Assembly (NCBI GenBank): GCA_002269645.1
Contig: NIVC01003987.1
Span: 1 to 64,000, forward strand
Length of the DNA: 64,000 nt
Direction: 5' to 3'
DNA from: Macrostomum lignano
Lineage: Eukaryota
Made by a program: the position numbers and the translations under genes. Numbering within the stretch: position 1 is the first letter of the stretch; each line of letters opens with the position of its first letter. The notes beneath the pieces were generated by a model. It saw nothing but the letters and a program-made list of their open reading frames with translations. It was not told the origin of the DNA and ran no database searches. Shown here piece after piece: positions 39,395 to 53,100 of the stretch.

Positions 39395-41505
39395 GATGGA
39401 GAGAGTGGGGTAGAGTGAAGAGAGTAGAGAGAGTGGGGGCGAGTGGGGGAGAGTGGGGGAGAGTCGGGGAGAGTGGTGGAGAGTGAGGGAAAGTGAGGGA
39501 GAGTGAAGGGGATTGAGGGAGAGTGGGAGAGAGTCGGGGAGAGTGGAGGAGAGTGAGTGAGAGTGGGGGAGAGTGAAGAGGATTGAGGGAGAGTCGGGGA
39601 GAGTGGGGAGAGTGGGGGAGAGTGGGGGAGAGTGGGGGAGAGTAAGGAAGAGTGAGGGAGAACGGGGAGAGTGGGGAGAGTGGGGGAGAGTGGGGGAGAG
39701 TAAGGAAGAGTGAGGGAGAGTGGGGAGAGTGGGGAGAGTGGGGGAGAGTGGGGGAGAGTAAGGAAGAGTGAGGGAGAGTGACGGAGAGTGGGGAGAGTGG
39801 GGGAGAGTGAGGGAGATTGACGGAGAGTGGGGAGAGTGGGGAGAGTGGGGGAGAGTGAGGGAGAGTGAGGGAGAGTGGGGAGAGTGGGGGAGAGTGAGGG
39901 AGATTGACGGAGAGTGGGGAGAGTGAGGGAGAGTGGGGGAGAGTGGGGGAGAGTGGGGGAGAGTGGGGGAGATTGACGGAGAGTGGGGAGAGTGAGGGAG
40001 AGTGGGGGAGAGTGGGGGAGAGTGGGGGAGAGTGGGGGAGAGTGAGGGAGAGTGAGGGAGAGTGGGGAGAGTGGGGGAGAGTGAGGGAGAGTGACGGAGA
40101 GTGGGGAGAGTGGGGGAGAGTGAGGGAGAGTGAGGGAGAGTGACGGAGAGTGGGGGAGAGTGAGGGAGAGTGACGGAGAGTGGGGAGAGTGGGGAGAGTG
40201 AGAGAGAGTGACGGAGAGTGGGGAGAGTGAGGGAGATTGACGGAGAGTGGGGAGAGTGGGGGAGAGTGAGGGAGAGTGAGGGAGAGTGGGGAGAGTGGGG
40301 AGAGTGAGGAGATTGACGGAGAGTGGGGAGAGTGAGGGAGAGTGGGGAGAGTGGGGGAGAGTGGGGAGAGTGGGGGAGAGTGGGGAGAGTGAGGGAGAGT
40401 GGGGAGAGTGGGGAGAGTGGGGGAGAGTGGGGGAGAGTGAGGGAGAGTGGGGAGAGTGGGGAGAGTGGGGGAGAGTGGGGGAGAGTAAGGAAGAGTGAGG
40501 GAGAGTGACGGAGAGTGGGGAGAGTGGGGGAGAGTGAGGGAGATTGACGGAGAGTGGGGAGAGTGGGGGAGAGTGAGGGAGAGTGAGGGAGAGTGGGGAG
40601 AGTGGGGGAGAGTGAGGGAGATTGACGGAGAGTGGGAGAGTGAGGGAGAGTGGGGGAGAGTGGGGGAGAGTGGGGGAGAGTGGGGGAGAGTGGGGAGAGT
40701 GAGGGAGAGTGGGGAGAGTGGGGAGAGTGAGGAGAGTGAGGGAGAGCGGGGAGAGTGGGGAGAGTGGGGAGAGTGGGGAGAGTAAGGAAGAGTGAGGAGA
40801 GTGGGGAGAGTGGGGAGAGTGGGGAGAGTGGGGAGAGTAAGGAAGAGTGAGGGAGAGTGACGGAGAGTGGGGAGAGTGGGGGAGAGTGAGGGAGATTGAC
40901 GGAGAGTGGGGAGAGTGGGGGAGAGTGAGGGAGAGTGAGGGAGAGTGGGGAGAGTGGGGGAGAGTGAGGGAGATTGACGGAGAGTGGGGAGAGTGAGGGA
41001 GAGTGGGGGAGAGTGGGGGAGAGTGGGGGAGAGTGGGGAGAGTGGGGGAGAGTGAGGGAGAGTGGGGAGAGTGGGGGAGAGTGGGGAGAGTGGGGGAGAG
41101 TGGGGGAGAGTGAGGGAGAGTGGGGGAGAGTGGGGGAGAGTGGGGGAGAGTGGGGGAGAGTGAGGGAGAGTGAGGGAGAGTGGGGAGAGTGGGGGAGAGT
41201 GGGGGAGAGTGGGGGAGAGTGAGGGAGAGTGAGGGAGAGTGAGGGAGAGTGGGGGAGAGTGGGGGAGAGTGAGGGAGAGTGAGGAGAGTGGGGAGAGTGG
41301 GGGAGAGTGGGGAGAGTGGGGGAGAGAGGGGGAGAGTGAGGGAGAGTGAGGGAGAGTGAGGGAGAGTGAGGGAGAGTGACGGAGAGTGAGGGAGAGTGAC
41401 GGAGAGTGGGGAGAGTGGGGGAGAGTGGGGGAGAGTGGGGGAGAGTGACGGAGAGTGGGGAGAGTGACGGAGAGTGGGGGAGAGTGGGGAGAGTGGGGGA
41501 GAGTG
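39395..41505. repeat. Purine-rich 9-10-bp satellite (GGGAGAGTG[G/A])n
   Basis: About 2.1 kb of G-run units. Confidence 0.97.
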
Positions 41506-42065
41506 GTAGTGGGTGGCCAAAGCCAATAAATACGAGCAACCCAAAGAAAACACTGGGCAATCAGCACCAATTACTGGGCAGCTGCAAGGAATCGGTGCCT
41601 GCTGTCAGGAGGTCCAGTCAACCCTTGGGGACTTTTGGGGGCCGCTAGAAAAAGTGGCAGGCAGGCAGAAACAAGCCGACACCGCCTGAGAGAAATCTTC
41701 AACGCACAGCGCGGCCTGTCCCTCCCATTTTCCAGTTTCCAGTGTGCTTCCACCGGCAGACCCTGGACGCCCAGGGATTGTCCCCGGGAATGGGATAATG
41801 CGATTGCTAAGCAGACCGTCTTGCTCCCTGGTCCCCTCTTGTCCCCCACTGTCTGCTTTCTGCTTTGTACAGAACCGGCATTTGCAAGTCCTGCAGGAGT
41901 TTCTTCTGCCTTTTATCTGGCACTTCTCCCTGCCAGCCCGGGTCCTCACCTCCCACTTAACCCCCGTCCGCTTTTGGCTGCACTGCACTTTCCCATCTGT
42001 TGCTTCGGCTTAAGCGACAGAAGTCGGTGAAGAAAAATGGAGTAAAGCAAAAGCAGAAAAGAAGA

Positions 42066-43075
42066 TCTCTGTCTCTCTCTCAGCCCATCTCTGTCTCTCT
42101 CTCAGCCCATCTCTGTCTCTCTCTCAGCCCATCTCTGTCTCTCTCTCAGCCCATCTCTGTCTCTCTCTCAGCTTATCTCTGTCTCACTCCCAGCCCATCT
42201 CTGTCTCACTCCCAGCCCATCTCTGTCTCTCTCTCAGCCCATCTCTGTCTCTCTCTCAGCTTATCTCTGTCTCACTCCCAGCCCATCTCTGTCTCACTCC
42301 CAGCCCATCTCTGTCTCACTCCCAGCCCATCTCTGTCTCTCTCTCAGCCCATCTCTGTCTCTCTCTCAGCTTATCTCTGTCTCACTCCCAGCCCATCTCT
42401 GTCTCACTCCCAGCCCATCTCTGTCTCACTCCCAGCCCATCTCTGTCTCTCTCTCAGCCCATCTCTGTCTCTCTCTCAGCTTATCTCTGTCTCACTCCCA
42501 GCCCATCTCTGTCTCACTCCCAGCCCATCTCTGTCTCACTCCCAGCCCATCTCTGTCTCACTCTCAGCCCATCTCTGTCTCTCTCTCAGCTTATCTCTGT
42601 CTCACTCCCAGCCCATCTCTGTCTCTCTCTCAGCCCATCTCTGTCTCTCTCTCAGCCCATCTCTGTCTCTCTCTCAGCCCATCTCTGTCTCACTCTCAGC
42701 CCATCTCTGTCTCTCTCTCAGCCCATCTCTGTCTCTCTCCCAGCCCATCTCTGTCTCTCTCTCAGCCCATCTCTGTCTCTCTCTCAGCCCATCTCTGTCT
42801 CTCTCTCAGCCCATCTCTGTCTCTCTCTCAGCCCATCTCTGTCTCTCTCTCAGCCCATCTCTGTCTCCTCCCAGCCCATCTCTGTCTCCTCCCAGCCCAT
42901 CTCTGTCTCACTCCCAGCCCATCTCTGTCTCACTCCCAGCCCATCTCTGTCTCACTCTCAGCCCATCTCTGTCTCCTCCCAGCCCATCTCTGTCTCTCTC
43001 TCAGCCCATCTCTGTCTCACTCTCAGTCCATCTCTGTCTCACTCTCAGCCCATCTCTGTCTCACTCTCAGCCCCT
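42066..43075. repeat. Pyrimidine-rich 22-bp minisatellite (CAGCCCATCTCTGTCTC[T/A]CTC[T/C])n
   Basis: About 45 copies. Confidence 0.96.
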
Positions 43076-43486
43076 ATCAACCATCCGACTGGAACTTTTT
43101 TGTTCGACTGTCTCCACCAGCCGGTCCTGGCTTGCCAAAAGCCTTTAGAAGTTGCTTTTCAACCTAAAGCCCGTTTATTAATCTGCAGCGAAATTAGCAG
43201 CAGATGGCATCAAAAGAAAAGTGCAAACAAGTCAAAAAGCAGCCAGGATTTTCGCGTTTGCTGTTTTGCACTTCCTGAACCTTGAAAACTGCCTGCTTTA
43301 ACGCAGAGGGTTTGGTGGAATTCTTAGGTCCGAAAAATTCTCGTTTTTTTCTGCAAGAAAGCAGCAAAGATCAAAAGTGGAGATACGGAGGGGTCGGAGG
43401 ACTGGACAGCTCCCGAGGTTTCAAAGGATTCACTACCCTTCGCCTCTCGCTACCTTCTCCTGTCTCCTTTCATCTGCCTGACATTT

Positions 43487-44650
43487 GCTGATCTGACATT
43501 TGCTGATCTGACATTTGCTGATCTGACAGTTGCCAGCCTGACATTTGCTAGTCTGACATTTGCTGATCTGACATTTGCTGATCTGACATTTGCTGATCTG
43601 ACATTTATTGATCTGACAGTTGCTGATCTGACATTTATTGATCTGACATTTATTGACCTGACATTTGCTGATCTGACAGTTGCTGATCTGACATTTGCTG
43701 ATCTGACATTTGCTGATCTGACATTTGCTGATCTGACAGTTGCTGATCTGACATTTGCTGATCTGACAGTTGCTGATCTGACATTTGCTGATCTGACATT
43801 TGCTGATCTGACAGTTGCTGATCTGACATTTGCTGATCTGACATTTGCTGATCTGACATTTGCTGATCTGACATTTATTGATCTGACATTTATTGACCTG
43901 ACATTTGCTGATCTGACATTTGCTGATCTGACATTTATTGATCTGACATTTATTGACCTGACATTTGCTGATCTGACAGTTGCTGATCTGACATTTGCTG
44001 ATCTGACATTTGCTGATCTGACATTTGCTGATCTGACATTTATTGATCTGACATTTATTGACCTGACATTTGCTGATCTGACATTTGCTGATCTGACATT
44101 TGCTGATCTGACATTTATTGATCTGACATTTGCTGATCTGACATTTATTGATCTGACATTTGTTGATCTGACATTTGTTGATCTGACATTTATTGACCTG
44201 ACATTTGCTGATCTGACATTTGCTGATCTGACATTTGCTGATCTGACATTTATTGATCTGACATTTGCTGATCTGACATTTATTGATCTGACATTTGTTG
44301 ATCTGACATTTGTTGATCTGACATTTATTGATCTGACATTTGCTAATCTGACATTTGCTGATCTGACATTTGCTGATCTGACATTTGCTGATCTGACATT
44401 TGCTGATCTGACATTTGCTGATCTGACATTTGCTGATCTGACAGTTGCTGATCTGAAATTTGCTGATCTGACATTTATTGATCTGACATTTGCTGATCTG
44501 ACAGTTGCTGATCTGAAATTTGCTAGCCTGACATTTGCTGATCTGAAATTTGCTGATCTGACATTTGCTGAACTGACATTTGCTGATCTGACATTTGCCA
44601 GCCTGACATTTGCTAGTCTGACATTTGCTGATATGACATTTGCTAGCTTA
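43487..44650. repeat. 15-bp minisatellite (CTGACATTTGCTGAT)n
   Basis: About 75 copies. Edge units GCCAGCCTGACATTTGC resemble the 9432 family. Confidence 0.97.
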
Positions 44651-45644
44651 GCTTGACATTCTCACTTCAATAGAGCAGAAAAGTTTTTCTTTCAATCTAA
44701 AAAAACAGTAATTTACTATTTTCAATATCGACTTTTTTCAACTTGCAACCCCCCCCCCTATCACTCAATCGGAATCAATGATTGGCGCCATGCCCCAGCT
44801 GCAGTTGTACAGCTCGGTGGACTCGAGAGGCAGGCAGCCAGACACATCGCTCCGCGTGTTTTACAGAATCCGAAGCGCAGCTTCGTTTTTATTTTTATCT
44901 GCCAGAGGGCTGGGAATGGAAACCGCAGCCCGGGCAGTCAATATCCCCTCGGCTGAGGCTGGAGAATCAATGCAGGCTGAGGCTTCGTTGCATAAAAAAA
45001 CTGCCACTGGCAAGGAAAGAAGCCAGAGAGAGGGGGCGGAACGAAGCTTGTGGGGATTTTTAATTAAACTTCTCCAGCGCAACTCCATCCCCAACCCTCA
45101 CAATCTCCAAACCTCGCCCCAACTTTAAGCTCGTGGCCAAACGCTGCCAAGAGATGTCGGGTTTTTCTGTCTCGGAAAGGCAACTTCTCTTCGGGTGGGC
45201 GGAGCTCCAGAATCGACAAGCTGATAGACAAGGCGCGATAATGCCGACTGGATATGAGACAAAAATCCCATCGGCCGATATTGAATGACACTGCATGGGA
45301 GAAGGCGGGGGGCGAGACCGCGGTTCCGGCTCCGATTGTGACAAATGGGGCCAATGCTGTCTGGGAGCGCAGCTCACCCCAGCCGACACAGACAGATGAT
45401 GCTCCGCGTGAGTTGCAGATGCTGGAGGGGGGGGGGGCTGCGCGAGTCTGACAGGACGGTGGACAAATTGGAGCTATTTTTAGAGATAAGGTGAGCACAC
45501 TGAGAAGTAGGGCTGAGATCAGGGGGAGATTGACGGACAAGACTGGAGGTGTGAGGAATGAGATGAAGAGACACGAAGGGGAGCAGGAATCACGGAACAG
45601 GTTAAAATAAATGAAGTACTGGCTTATGCTAAGCCAGTCGAGAC

Positions 45645-48130
45645 AAGAAGAGAAAGACAGGGAGAAATAGGGAAAGATAAGGAGAGAGAAAGAGAGAGAC
45701 AGGGAGAGAGACAGGGAGAGACAGGGAGAGAGACAGGGAGAGAGACAGGGAGAGACAGGGAGAGAGACAGGGAGAGAGACAGGGAGAGAGACAGGGAGAG
45801 AGACAGGGAGAGAGACAGGGAGACAGGGAGAAAGGAAGGGAGACAGGGAGAGAGACAGGGAGAGAGACAGGGAGAGAGACAGGGAGAGAGACAGAGAGAG
45901 ACAGGGAGAGATAAGGAGAGAGAAAGAGAGAGACAGGGAGAGAGACAGGGAGACAGGGAGAGAGACAGGGAGACAGGGAGAGAGACAGGGAGAGAGACAG
46001 GTAGAGAGAGACAGGGAGAGAGACAGGGAGACAGGGAGAAAGGAAGGGAGACAGGGAGAGAGACAGGGAGAAAGGAAGGGAGACAGGGAGAGAGACAGGG
46101 AGAAAGGAAGGGAGACAGGGAGAGAGACAGGGAGAAAGGAAGGGAGACAGGGAGAGAGACAGGTATAGAGAGACAGGGAGAGAGACAGGGAGACAGGGAG
46201 AAAGGAAGGGAGACAGGGAGAGAGACAGGGAGACAGGGAGAGAGACAGGGAGAGAGACAGGGAGAGAGACAGGGAGAGAGACAGGGAGAGAGACAGGGAG
46301 ACAGGGAGAAAGGAAGGGAGACAGGGAGAGAGACAGAGAGACAGGGAGAGAGACAGGGAGAAAGGAAGGGAGACAGGGAGAGAGACAGGGAGAGAGACAG
46401 GGAGAGAGACAGGGAGACAGGGAGAAAGGAAGGGAGACAGGGAGAGAGACAGGGAGACAGGGAGAGAGACAGGGAGACAGGGAGAGAGACAGGGAGAAAG
46501 GAAGGGAGACAGGGAGAGAGACAGGGAGACAGGGAGACAGGAAGGAAGACAGGGAGAGAGACAGGGAGACAGGGAGAGAGACAGGGAGAAAGGAAGGGAG
46601 ACAGGGAGAGAGACAGGTAGAGAGAGACAGGGAGAGAGACAGGGAGACAGGGAGAAAGGAAGGGAGACAGGGAGAGAGACAGGTAGAGAGAGACAGGGAG
46701 AGAGACAGGGAGACAGGGAGAAAGGAAGGGAGACAGGGAGAGAGACAGGGAGAAAGGAAGGGAGACAGGGAGAGAGACAGGGAGAAAGGAAGGGAGACAG
46801 GGAGAGAGACAGGGAGAAAGGAAGGGAGACAGGGAGAGAGACAGAGAGAGAGACAGGGAGAGATCCAGAGAGAGAGACAGGGAGAGAGACAGAGAGAGAG
46901 ACAGGGAGAGATCCAGAGAGAGAGACAGGGAGAGAGACAGAGAGAGAGACAGGGAGAGAGACAGGGAGACAGGGAGAAAGGAAGGGAGACAGGGAGAGAG
47001 ACAGGGAGAGAGACAGGGAGAGAGACAGGGAGAGAGACAGAGAGAGACAGGGAGAGATAAGGAGAGAGAAAGAGAGAGACAGGGAGAGAGACAGGGAGAC
47101 AGGGAGAGAGACAGGGAGAGAGACAGGGAGAGAGACAGGGAGAGAGACAGGGAGACAGGGAGAGAGACAGGGAGAAAGGAAGGGAGACAGGGAGAGAGAC
47201 AGGGAGAGAGACAGGGAGAGAGACAGGGAGAGAGACAGGGAGACAGGGAGAAAGGAAGGGAGACAGGGAGAGAGACAAGGAAGGGAGACAGGGAGAGAGA
47301 CAGGGAGACAGGGAGAGAGACAGGGAGAAAGGAAGGGAGACAGGGAGAGAGACAGGGAGAGAGACAGGGAGAGAGACAGGGAGACAGGGAGAAAGGAAGG
47401 GAGACAGGGAGAGAGACAGGTAGAGAGAGACAGGGAGAGAGACAGGGAGACAGGGAGAAAGGAAGGGAGACAGGGAGAGAGACAGGGAGAAAGGAAGGGA
47501 GACAGGGAGAGAGACAGGGAGAAAGGAAGGGAGACAGGGAGAGAGACAGGGAGAAAGGAAGGGAGACAGGGAGAGAGACAGAGAGAGAGACAGGGAGAGA
47601 TCCAGAGAGAGAGACAGGGAGAGATCCAGAGAGAGAGACAGGGAGAGAGACAGAGAGAGAGACAGGGAGAGAGACAGGGAGAGAGACAGAGAGAGAGACA
47701 GGGAGAGAGACAGAGAGAGAGACAGGGAGAGAGACAGAGAGAGAGACAGAGAGAGACAGGGAGAGAGACAGAGAGAGAGACAGGGAGAGAGACAGAGAGA
47801 GAGACAGGGAGAGAGACAGAGAGAGAGACAGGGAGAGAGACAGAGAGAGAGACAGGGAGAGATCCAGAGAGAGAGACAGGGAGAGAGACAGAGAGAGAGA
47901 CAGGGAGAGATCCAGAGAGAGAGACAGGGAGAGAGACAGAGAGAGAGACAGGGAGAGAGACAGAGAGAGAGAGACAGAGAGAGAGAGACAGAGAGAGAGA
48001 CAGAGAGAGAGACAGAGAGAGAGACAGAGAGAGATCCAGAGAGAGAGACAGAGAGAGAGACAGAGAGAGAGACAGGGAGAGAGACAGAGAGAGAGACAGG
48101 GAGAGAGACAGAGAGAGAGACAGAGAGCCA
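45645..48130. repeat. Purine-rich satellite (GAGAGACAGG)n with GAAAGGAAGG variants
   Basis: About 2.5 kb; source of the spurious 863-1117 aa ORFs. Confidence 0.97.
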
Positions 48131-48714
48131 GAGTGAACAGGGGCAAAAGCAAGTCTGGAGAAATAATAATGAAGGGAGCAATGATAAGCAGACAGCAAAG
48201 CTTCTGAAACAATTTGACATTTGAGAAAATAAAAAAAATCACAAAGCAACTGTGTGCGCCATTGAGCGGGCAGAGAGAGAGTTGGAAGGCCAACCCTCAC
48301 TGGCTGAACCGCACGCGCCCAAGTTGCCTCAAAATTATTTCGCTCAACTTTCGCCGCTTGACTCGGCCAGGCCGAGAGAGCGCCGTCAGCTGCTGCGTCA
48401 CTCCGGGATCTTCCCACTTGTCAGCGCGGTCAGGGCAGAGGGAGGGGGAATGACGGCAGAGTCTTTACGGGTTTCTTCCCTTGTCCTGGCGCAGCCGCAG
48501 CTGTCCGCCAGTCAATATCCCTGCAGTTCAATTATTGATTCCGCTGTCATTCTGCTTCTATTCCTACTAGGAGAGCAGAGCGGAATTTTCTCTGGCAAAG
48601 AGTTGATCTCGAAGCGAGAGACGCCAAATCCCTATGAAGCAGCAAGTGCAAGCAGCTCTTCACTAAACCGATGCAAATTGCATGGCAACGCCTCGCAGTT
48701 CGTCAGCAACTCAC

Positions 48715-48895
48715 CTGCCCCGCCGCTGGATTTGTCGCCGCAGAAGAGGAAACTTTTTCTGGCTGCCTATTTTGATATTTCTCTTAGGAAACTGTCCTCG
48801 GGCCAGTGTAAATAGTTGCAGTGAGCATTGAACCCCCCACTTGCTGGAATGGGCTTGGCTGGCCAATGACGGCTGGCCAAGAATCTGATTGGCTG
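48715..48895 (-). promoter_or_regulatory. Putative promoter and non-coding first exon (minus strand)
   Basis: CCAAT boxes (48863 plus; 48888-48892 minus), TGGC..GCCAA motifs, a strong donor CAG|GTGAGT at 48715/48714, and ATGCAAATTGCAT just inside the putative intron. Confidence 0.35.
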
Positions 48896-49064
48896 TGGAC
48901 AAATCGCTAAGCCTATCGCTAAGCAAAAAAGTTCACACAATTTTATATCACCCTCTGGACTTCCAAACTGCAAATTACCCAAGTTTATAAAGCTGATTGT
49001 CTTCCTGAAATGCTAGCGATGTTAGATAATAACATTTAGTATGAATATACATAGGATGCTGCTT

Positions 49065-49270
49065 GGGCGGCCCTGTGGTCTAGGGCGGCGCTCTGATGCG
49101 CCAGCGGCCCAGGCTCGATTCCAAGTGCAGTCACATTCATTTTGACTAAACTGTACACTCCTGTGTGAGGGTGTGCCTGCTCAGGGGAGTCGGCGGAATG
49201 GGCAGCAATGCCTCTCGCTGGTTGTCTGACAATGTCACTTGAAGTGCGCCAGGGTGCCCCTGCCTATAAC
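49065..49270 (+). mobile_element. tRNA-headed SINE family 2, copy a
   Basis: B-box-like GGCTCGATTCC followed by the core ACACTCCTGTGTGAG...TGTGCCTGCTCAGGGGAGTCGGCGGAATGGGCA shared with the 51088 and 62832 copies. Confidence 0.75.
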
Positions 49271-49604
49271 AATTCAGAATAAAAATGTGCTGCTCACGAA
49301 AGACATCCTGTTAGCATTGATCAGTTGGTTGCGTACTCTGTGTATATTTCTTCAGCTAAAATCTTTCGCAGGAGAAAGACTACAACACAATTGCTTTGAA
49401 GAAAATTTGAGACTGGGAGAGCGATAAAAAGTTGGTGTTTAAAAACATAATTGCAGCGACAGAGAGCGGTTATTGACAGACTAGCAAGTCAGAACTAGCG
49501 GACTTGGTGCGAGTGAAAAAAGCATTGAAGCTGTGCACTTTTGTACCGTACACTTGGGGTCAGCTGGTAATGATGGGGGTCAGGGTTAATCTGGAATGAG
49601 TTGA

Positions 49605-50095
49605 GTAGTTCGGAGTGGGTCAGCTGGATCCGGAGTGGGTCAGCTGGATACGGAGTGGGTCAGCTGGATACGGAGTGGGTCAGCTGGATACGGAGTGGGT
49701 CAGCTGGATACGGAGTGGGTCAGCTGGATACGGAGTGGGTCAGCTGGATCCGGAGTGGGTCAGCTGGATACGGAGTGGGTCAGCTGGATACGGAGTGGGT
49801 CAGCTGGATACGGAGTGGGTCAGCTGGATCCGGAGTGGGTCAGCTGGATACGGAGTGGGTCAGCTGGATACGGAGTGGGTCAGCTGGATACGGAGTGGGT
49901 CAGCTGGATACGGAGTGGGTCAGCTGGATCCGGAGTGGGTCAGCTGGATACGGAGTGGTCGAAGTGGGTCAGCTGGATCCGGAGTGGATCAGAGTGGGTC
50001 AGCTGGATTTGGAATGGGTCAGAGTGGGTCAGCTGGATCCGGAGTGGGTCCGAGTGGGTCAGCTGGGTTTGGAATGGGTCAGAGTGGGTCAGCTG
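49605..50095. repeat. 20-bp minisatellite (CGGAGTGGGTCAGCTGGAT[A/C])n
   Basis: About 22 copies, just 3' of the BBS2 stop. Confidence 0.96.
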
Positions 50096-50197
50096 CAAGT
50101 CAAACAAAGCTCAAAAGTGATGACACGCATTTCAGATTCAAATAAAGTGCATCAATGAGAAAACTTCTCAAAAGAGGTAATCCGCGTCTCCGACTGC

Positions 50198-53100
50198 TCA
50201 AGCCGAGCCGGAGCGAATGATTTTGTGCAGAGCGCCGAGATTGCTGGCCTTCACCGCGGCCCGGCAGTCGTTGACCGCCTGAGTTTTAAATCTGCCAGCC
50301 CGCAGCCGGCCGGCCCGCTGGATGATCTGGTTCAGCGCCTTCAGCGACTCGCTCAGAGCCTGCTGGTTGGCCGCTCGCATTGAGTAGGACGAGGCCAGGT
50401 CACGATTCAGGTCGCGGAGATCCCTGGGGATGAGACGGTCGGAGCAACGCAACCGGAAATGAGCCCCAATTCAACCGGAAATGAGCCCCAATGCAGCGGG
50501 AAATGAGCCCCAATGCAGCCGGAAATGAGCCCCAATGCAATCGGAAATGAGCCCCAATGCAACCGGAAATGAGCCCCAATGCAACCGGAAATGAGCCCCA
50601 ATGCAATCGGAAATGAGCCCCAATGCAACAGGAAATGAGCCCCAATGCAACAGGAAATGAGCCCCAATGCAGCGGGAAATGAGCCCCAATGCAGCCGGAA
50701 ATGAGCCCCAATGCAACCCGAAATGAGCCCCAATGCAGCCCGAAATGAGCCCCAATGCAGCCCGAAATGAGCCCCAATGCAATCGGAAATGAGCCCCAAT
50801 GCAACAGGAAATGAGCCCCAATGCAACAGGAAATGAGCCCCAATGCAGCGGGAAATGAGCCCCAATGCAGCCGGAAATGAGCCCCAATGCAACCCGAAAT
50901 GAGCCCCAATGCAGCCCGAAATGAGCCCCAATGCAGCCGGAAATGAGCCCCAATGCAACCGGAAATGAGCCCCAATGCAACCGGAAATGAGCCCCAATGC
51001 AACCGGAAGTTGGGGTCTGCAAACAGCCATTTTTGTAATCGGAATCCCTCCGAAAAAATTGATTTTTTGCAACTGTCGGATGAGGGGCTGGGCCGTAGCC
51101 CAGCGGTCTGGCGCGGGGCTCTGGTGTGCCAGCGGCCCAGGCTCGATTCCAAGTGCAGTCGCAATAATTTGGGGCTGAATTGGAATCTCGGCTTCGCTCT
51201 GCTCTCGTGCAATTAACGGCCTTGAGAGCCAACCCCCCAAGGCGCAGTGAAGTGTACATGCCTAACGATAAATAAAGTTAGGGCCGATGCACACTCCTGT
51301 GTGAGTGTGTGCCTGTGGGTATGACTGTGTACGTATCCGCGCGCTTGTGTGCCTGCTCAGGGGAGTCGGCGGAATGGGCAATGTCTCAGCTCACTCACTT
51401 GTAGGCCTTCTTTAAGTTCACAAAATCTCCCAATAGCCTGGCGTCCTCCGCCCGCACCACCAGGCCGCGCACCAGGTTGGAGCTGTCGGCCATATCGCCG
51501 GAGAGGCGCTGGCGCTGCGCCTCGAACTCGCTGATTCGGTCCACCAGACTTTTCAGACTGTCAGCCAGCCCGGGAAACTCGGCCTCCGAGGCCAGGTCCT
51601 CCAGGCCGAGGTAGCCGGCCAGGGCGGTGACCAGCTCGCCAGCCAGCTCCATGTTGTCCGTGCCGATAACCTGCGTAGTTGCGCGGAACACTACTGATAG
51701 TAGAAATGTAAGAAAATTGACGTGAAATCTAAATGATTTCTAAATGCACATCCAGACACAGAGAGAGTAAACATGATTCATTTGAGTCAGGAAGAGTCAG
51801 CTAGAATAGAAATGAGTCAGGAGTAGTCAGCTAGACCATAAATGAGTCAGGAATAGTCAGCTAGAGTAGAAATGAGTCAGGAGTAGTCAGCTAAAATAGA
51901 AATGAGTCAGGAGTAGTCAGCTAGACCAGAAATGAGTCAGGAGTAGTCAGCTATGCCAGAAATGAGTCAGGAGTAGTCAGCTATGCCAGAAATGAGTCAG
52001 GAGTAGTCAGCTATGCCATAAATGAGTCAGGAGTAGTCAGTTAGGCTAGAAATGAGTCAGGAAGAATCCATTAACAAACCATTTTGTCGCTCTCCGCCCA
52101 GAGCCGCAGCGCCTCCCCGGTTGCCATGGAGACGAATCGGCAATCAAGCGGGCCGCCGTTGCCGTCGACCTCCTGGGCCAGCAGGAAGTTGGCGTTGATC
52201 CACATGGCCACCCGCTGCAGCCGCTCCTGCAGGCGAAAGCGGACGAAGCCGGCGGGCTGGGCGGCGGCCTCCGGGGCGACGGGGGCAAAGACGGCGAACC
52301 GCGGCAGAGACCGGGTGGTCTCGAACACGTGGAACTGGGCGGCACCGCGCGGGCCCACCAGGCACTTCAGGTGCAGGTCCACGCTGGCGCACTTGCTGGG
52401 GTACAGCGGGATGTCCAGGCTGGCGCCCAGCCGGCTGGCGGGCGGGTGAGTCACGTGACTCTCGCCGTCGAAGATGCCCTCGGCGAAGACGATGACGGCC
52501 CGGATGGCGGTGCTGTTGGTGGTGGCCACGCGGAGGCAGACGCAGGGCGCGGGCTTGTGCGCCAGGTCCACCGACAGGGACGTCTGCACCTGCGGCGGCG
52601 GGACAGGGAATGTGGGATTGTGACAGGTAGGGAATGTGACATGTAGGGAATGTGACATGTAGGGAATGTGACATGTAGGGAATGTGACATGTAGGGAATG
52701 TGAAATGTAGGGAATGTGACATGTAGGGAATGTGACATGTAGGGAATGTGACATGTAGGGAATGTAACATGTAGGGAATGTGACATGTAGGGAATGTGAA
52801 ATGTAGGGAATGTGAAATGCAGGGAATGTGACATGTAGGGAATGTGAAATGCAGGGAACGTGACGCGCACTCACCTGAGTGTTGGCTGGGATGGCAGATG
52901 CCGTGTCAGAGGCGGCTCCGCTCAAGCCGCTGATGCCGCCACCGCCACCGCTGCTGCCGGCGAGCTTCTCAGCAGCTGCAGGAGCCGCAGTCCGAGTCTG
53001 CTGCCGCTGCTGCTGCAGCTGAGCCTTGGCGTTCTCCTCGTAGTTGTGCAACTCGAGCTGCAAGTTCTGCCTGGTCTGCATGAGGCTGTGCACCGAGCTG

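Noticed and set aside
45254-45451. Short plus-strand ORF with an internal GTGAGT donor-like site
   Set aside because: No recognisable protein and no compatible partner exon found.
51088-51162. tRNA gene candidates at the heads of SINE copies (also 49065 and 61200-61275)
   Set aside because: A and B boxes are present but the cloverleaf stems are broken and each is fused to a shared SINE body.
49601-51259. ORFs of 161-277 aa over the 20-bp and 22-bp arrays
   Set aside because: Open in all three frames because the units lack stops; they lie 3' of or within a BBS2 intron.
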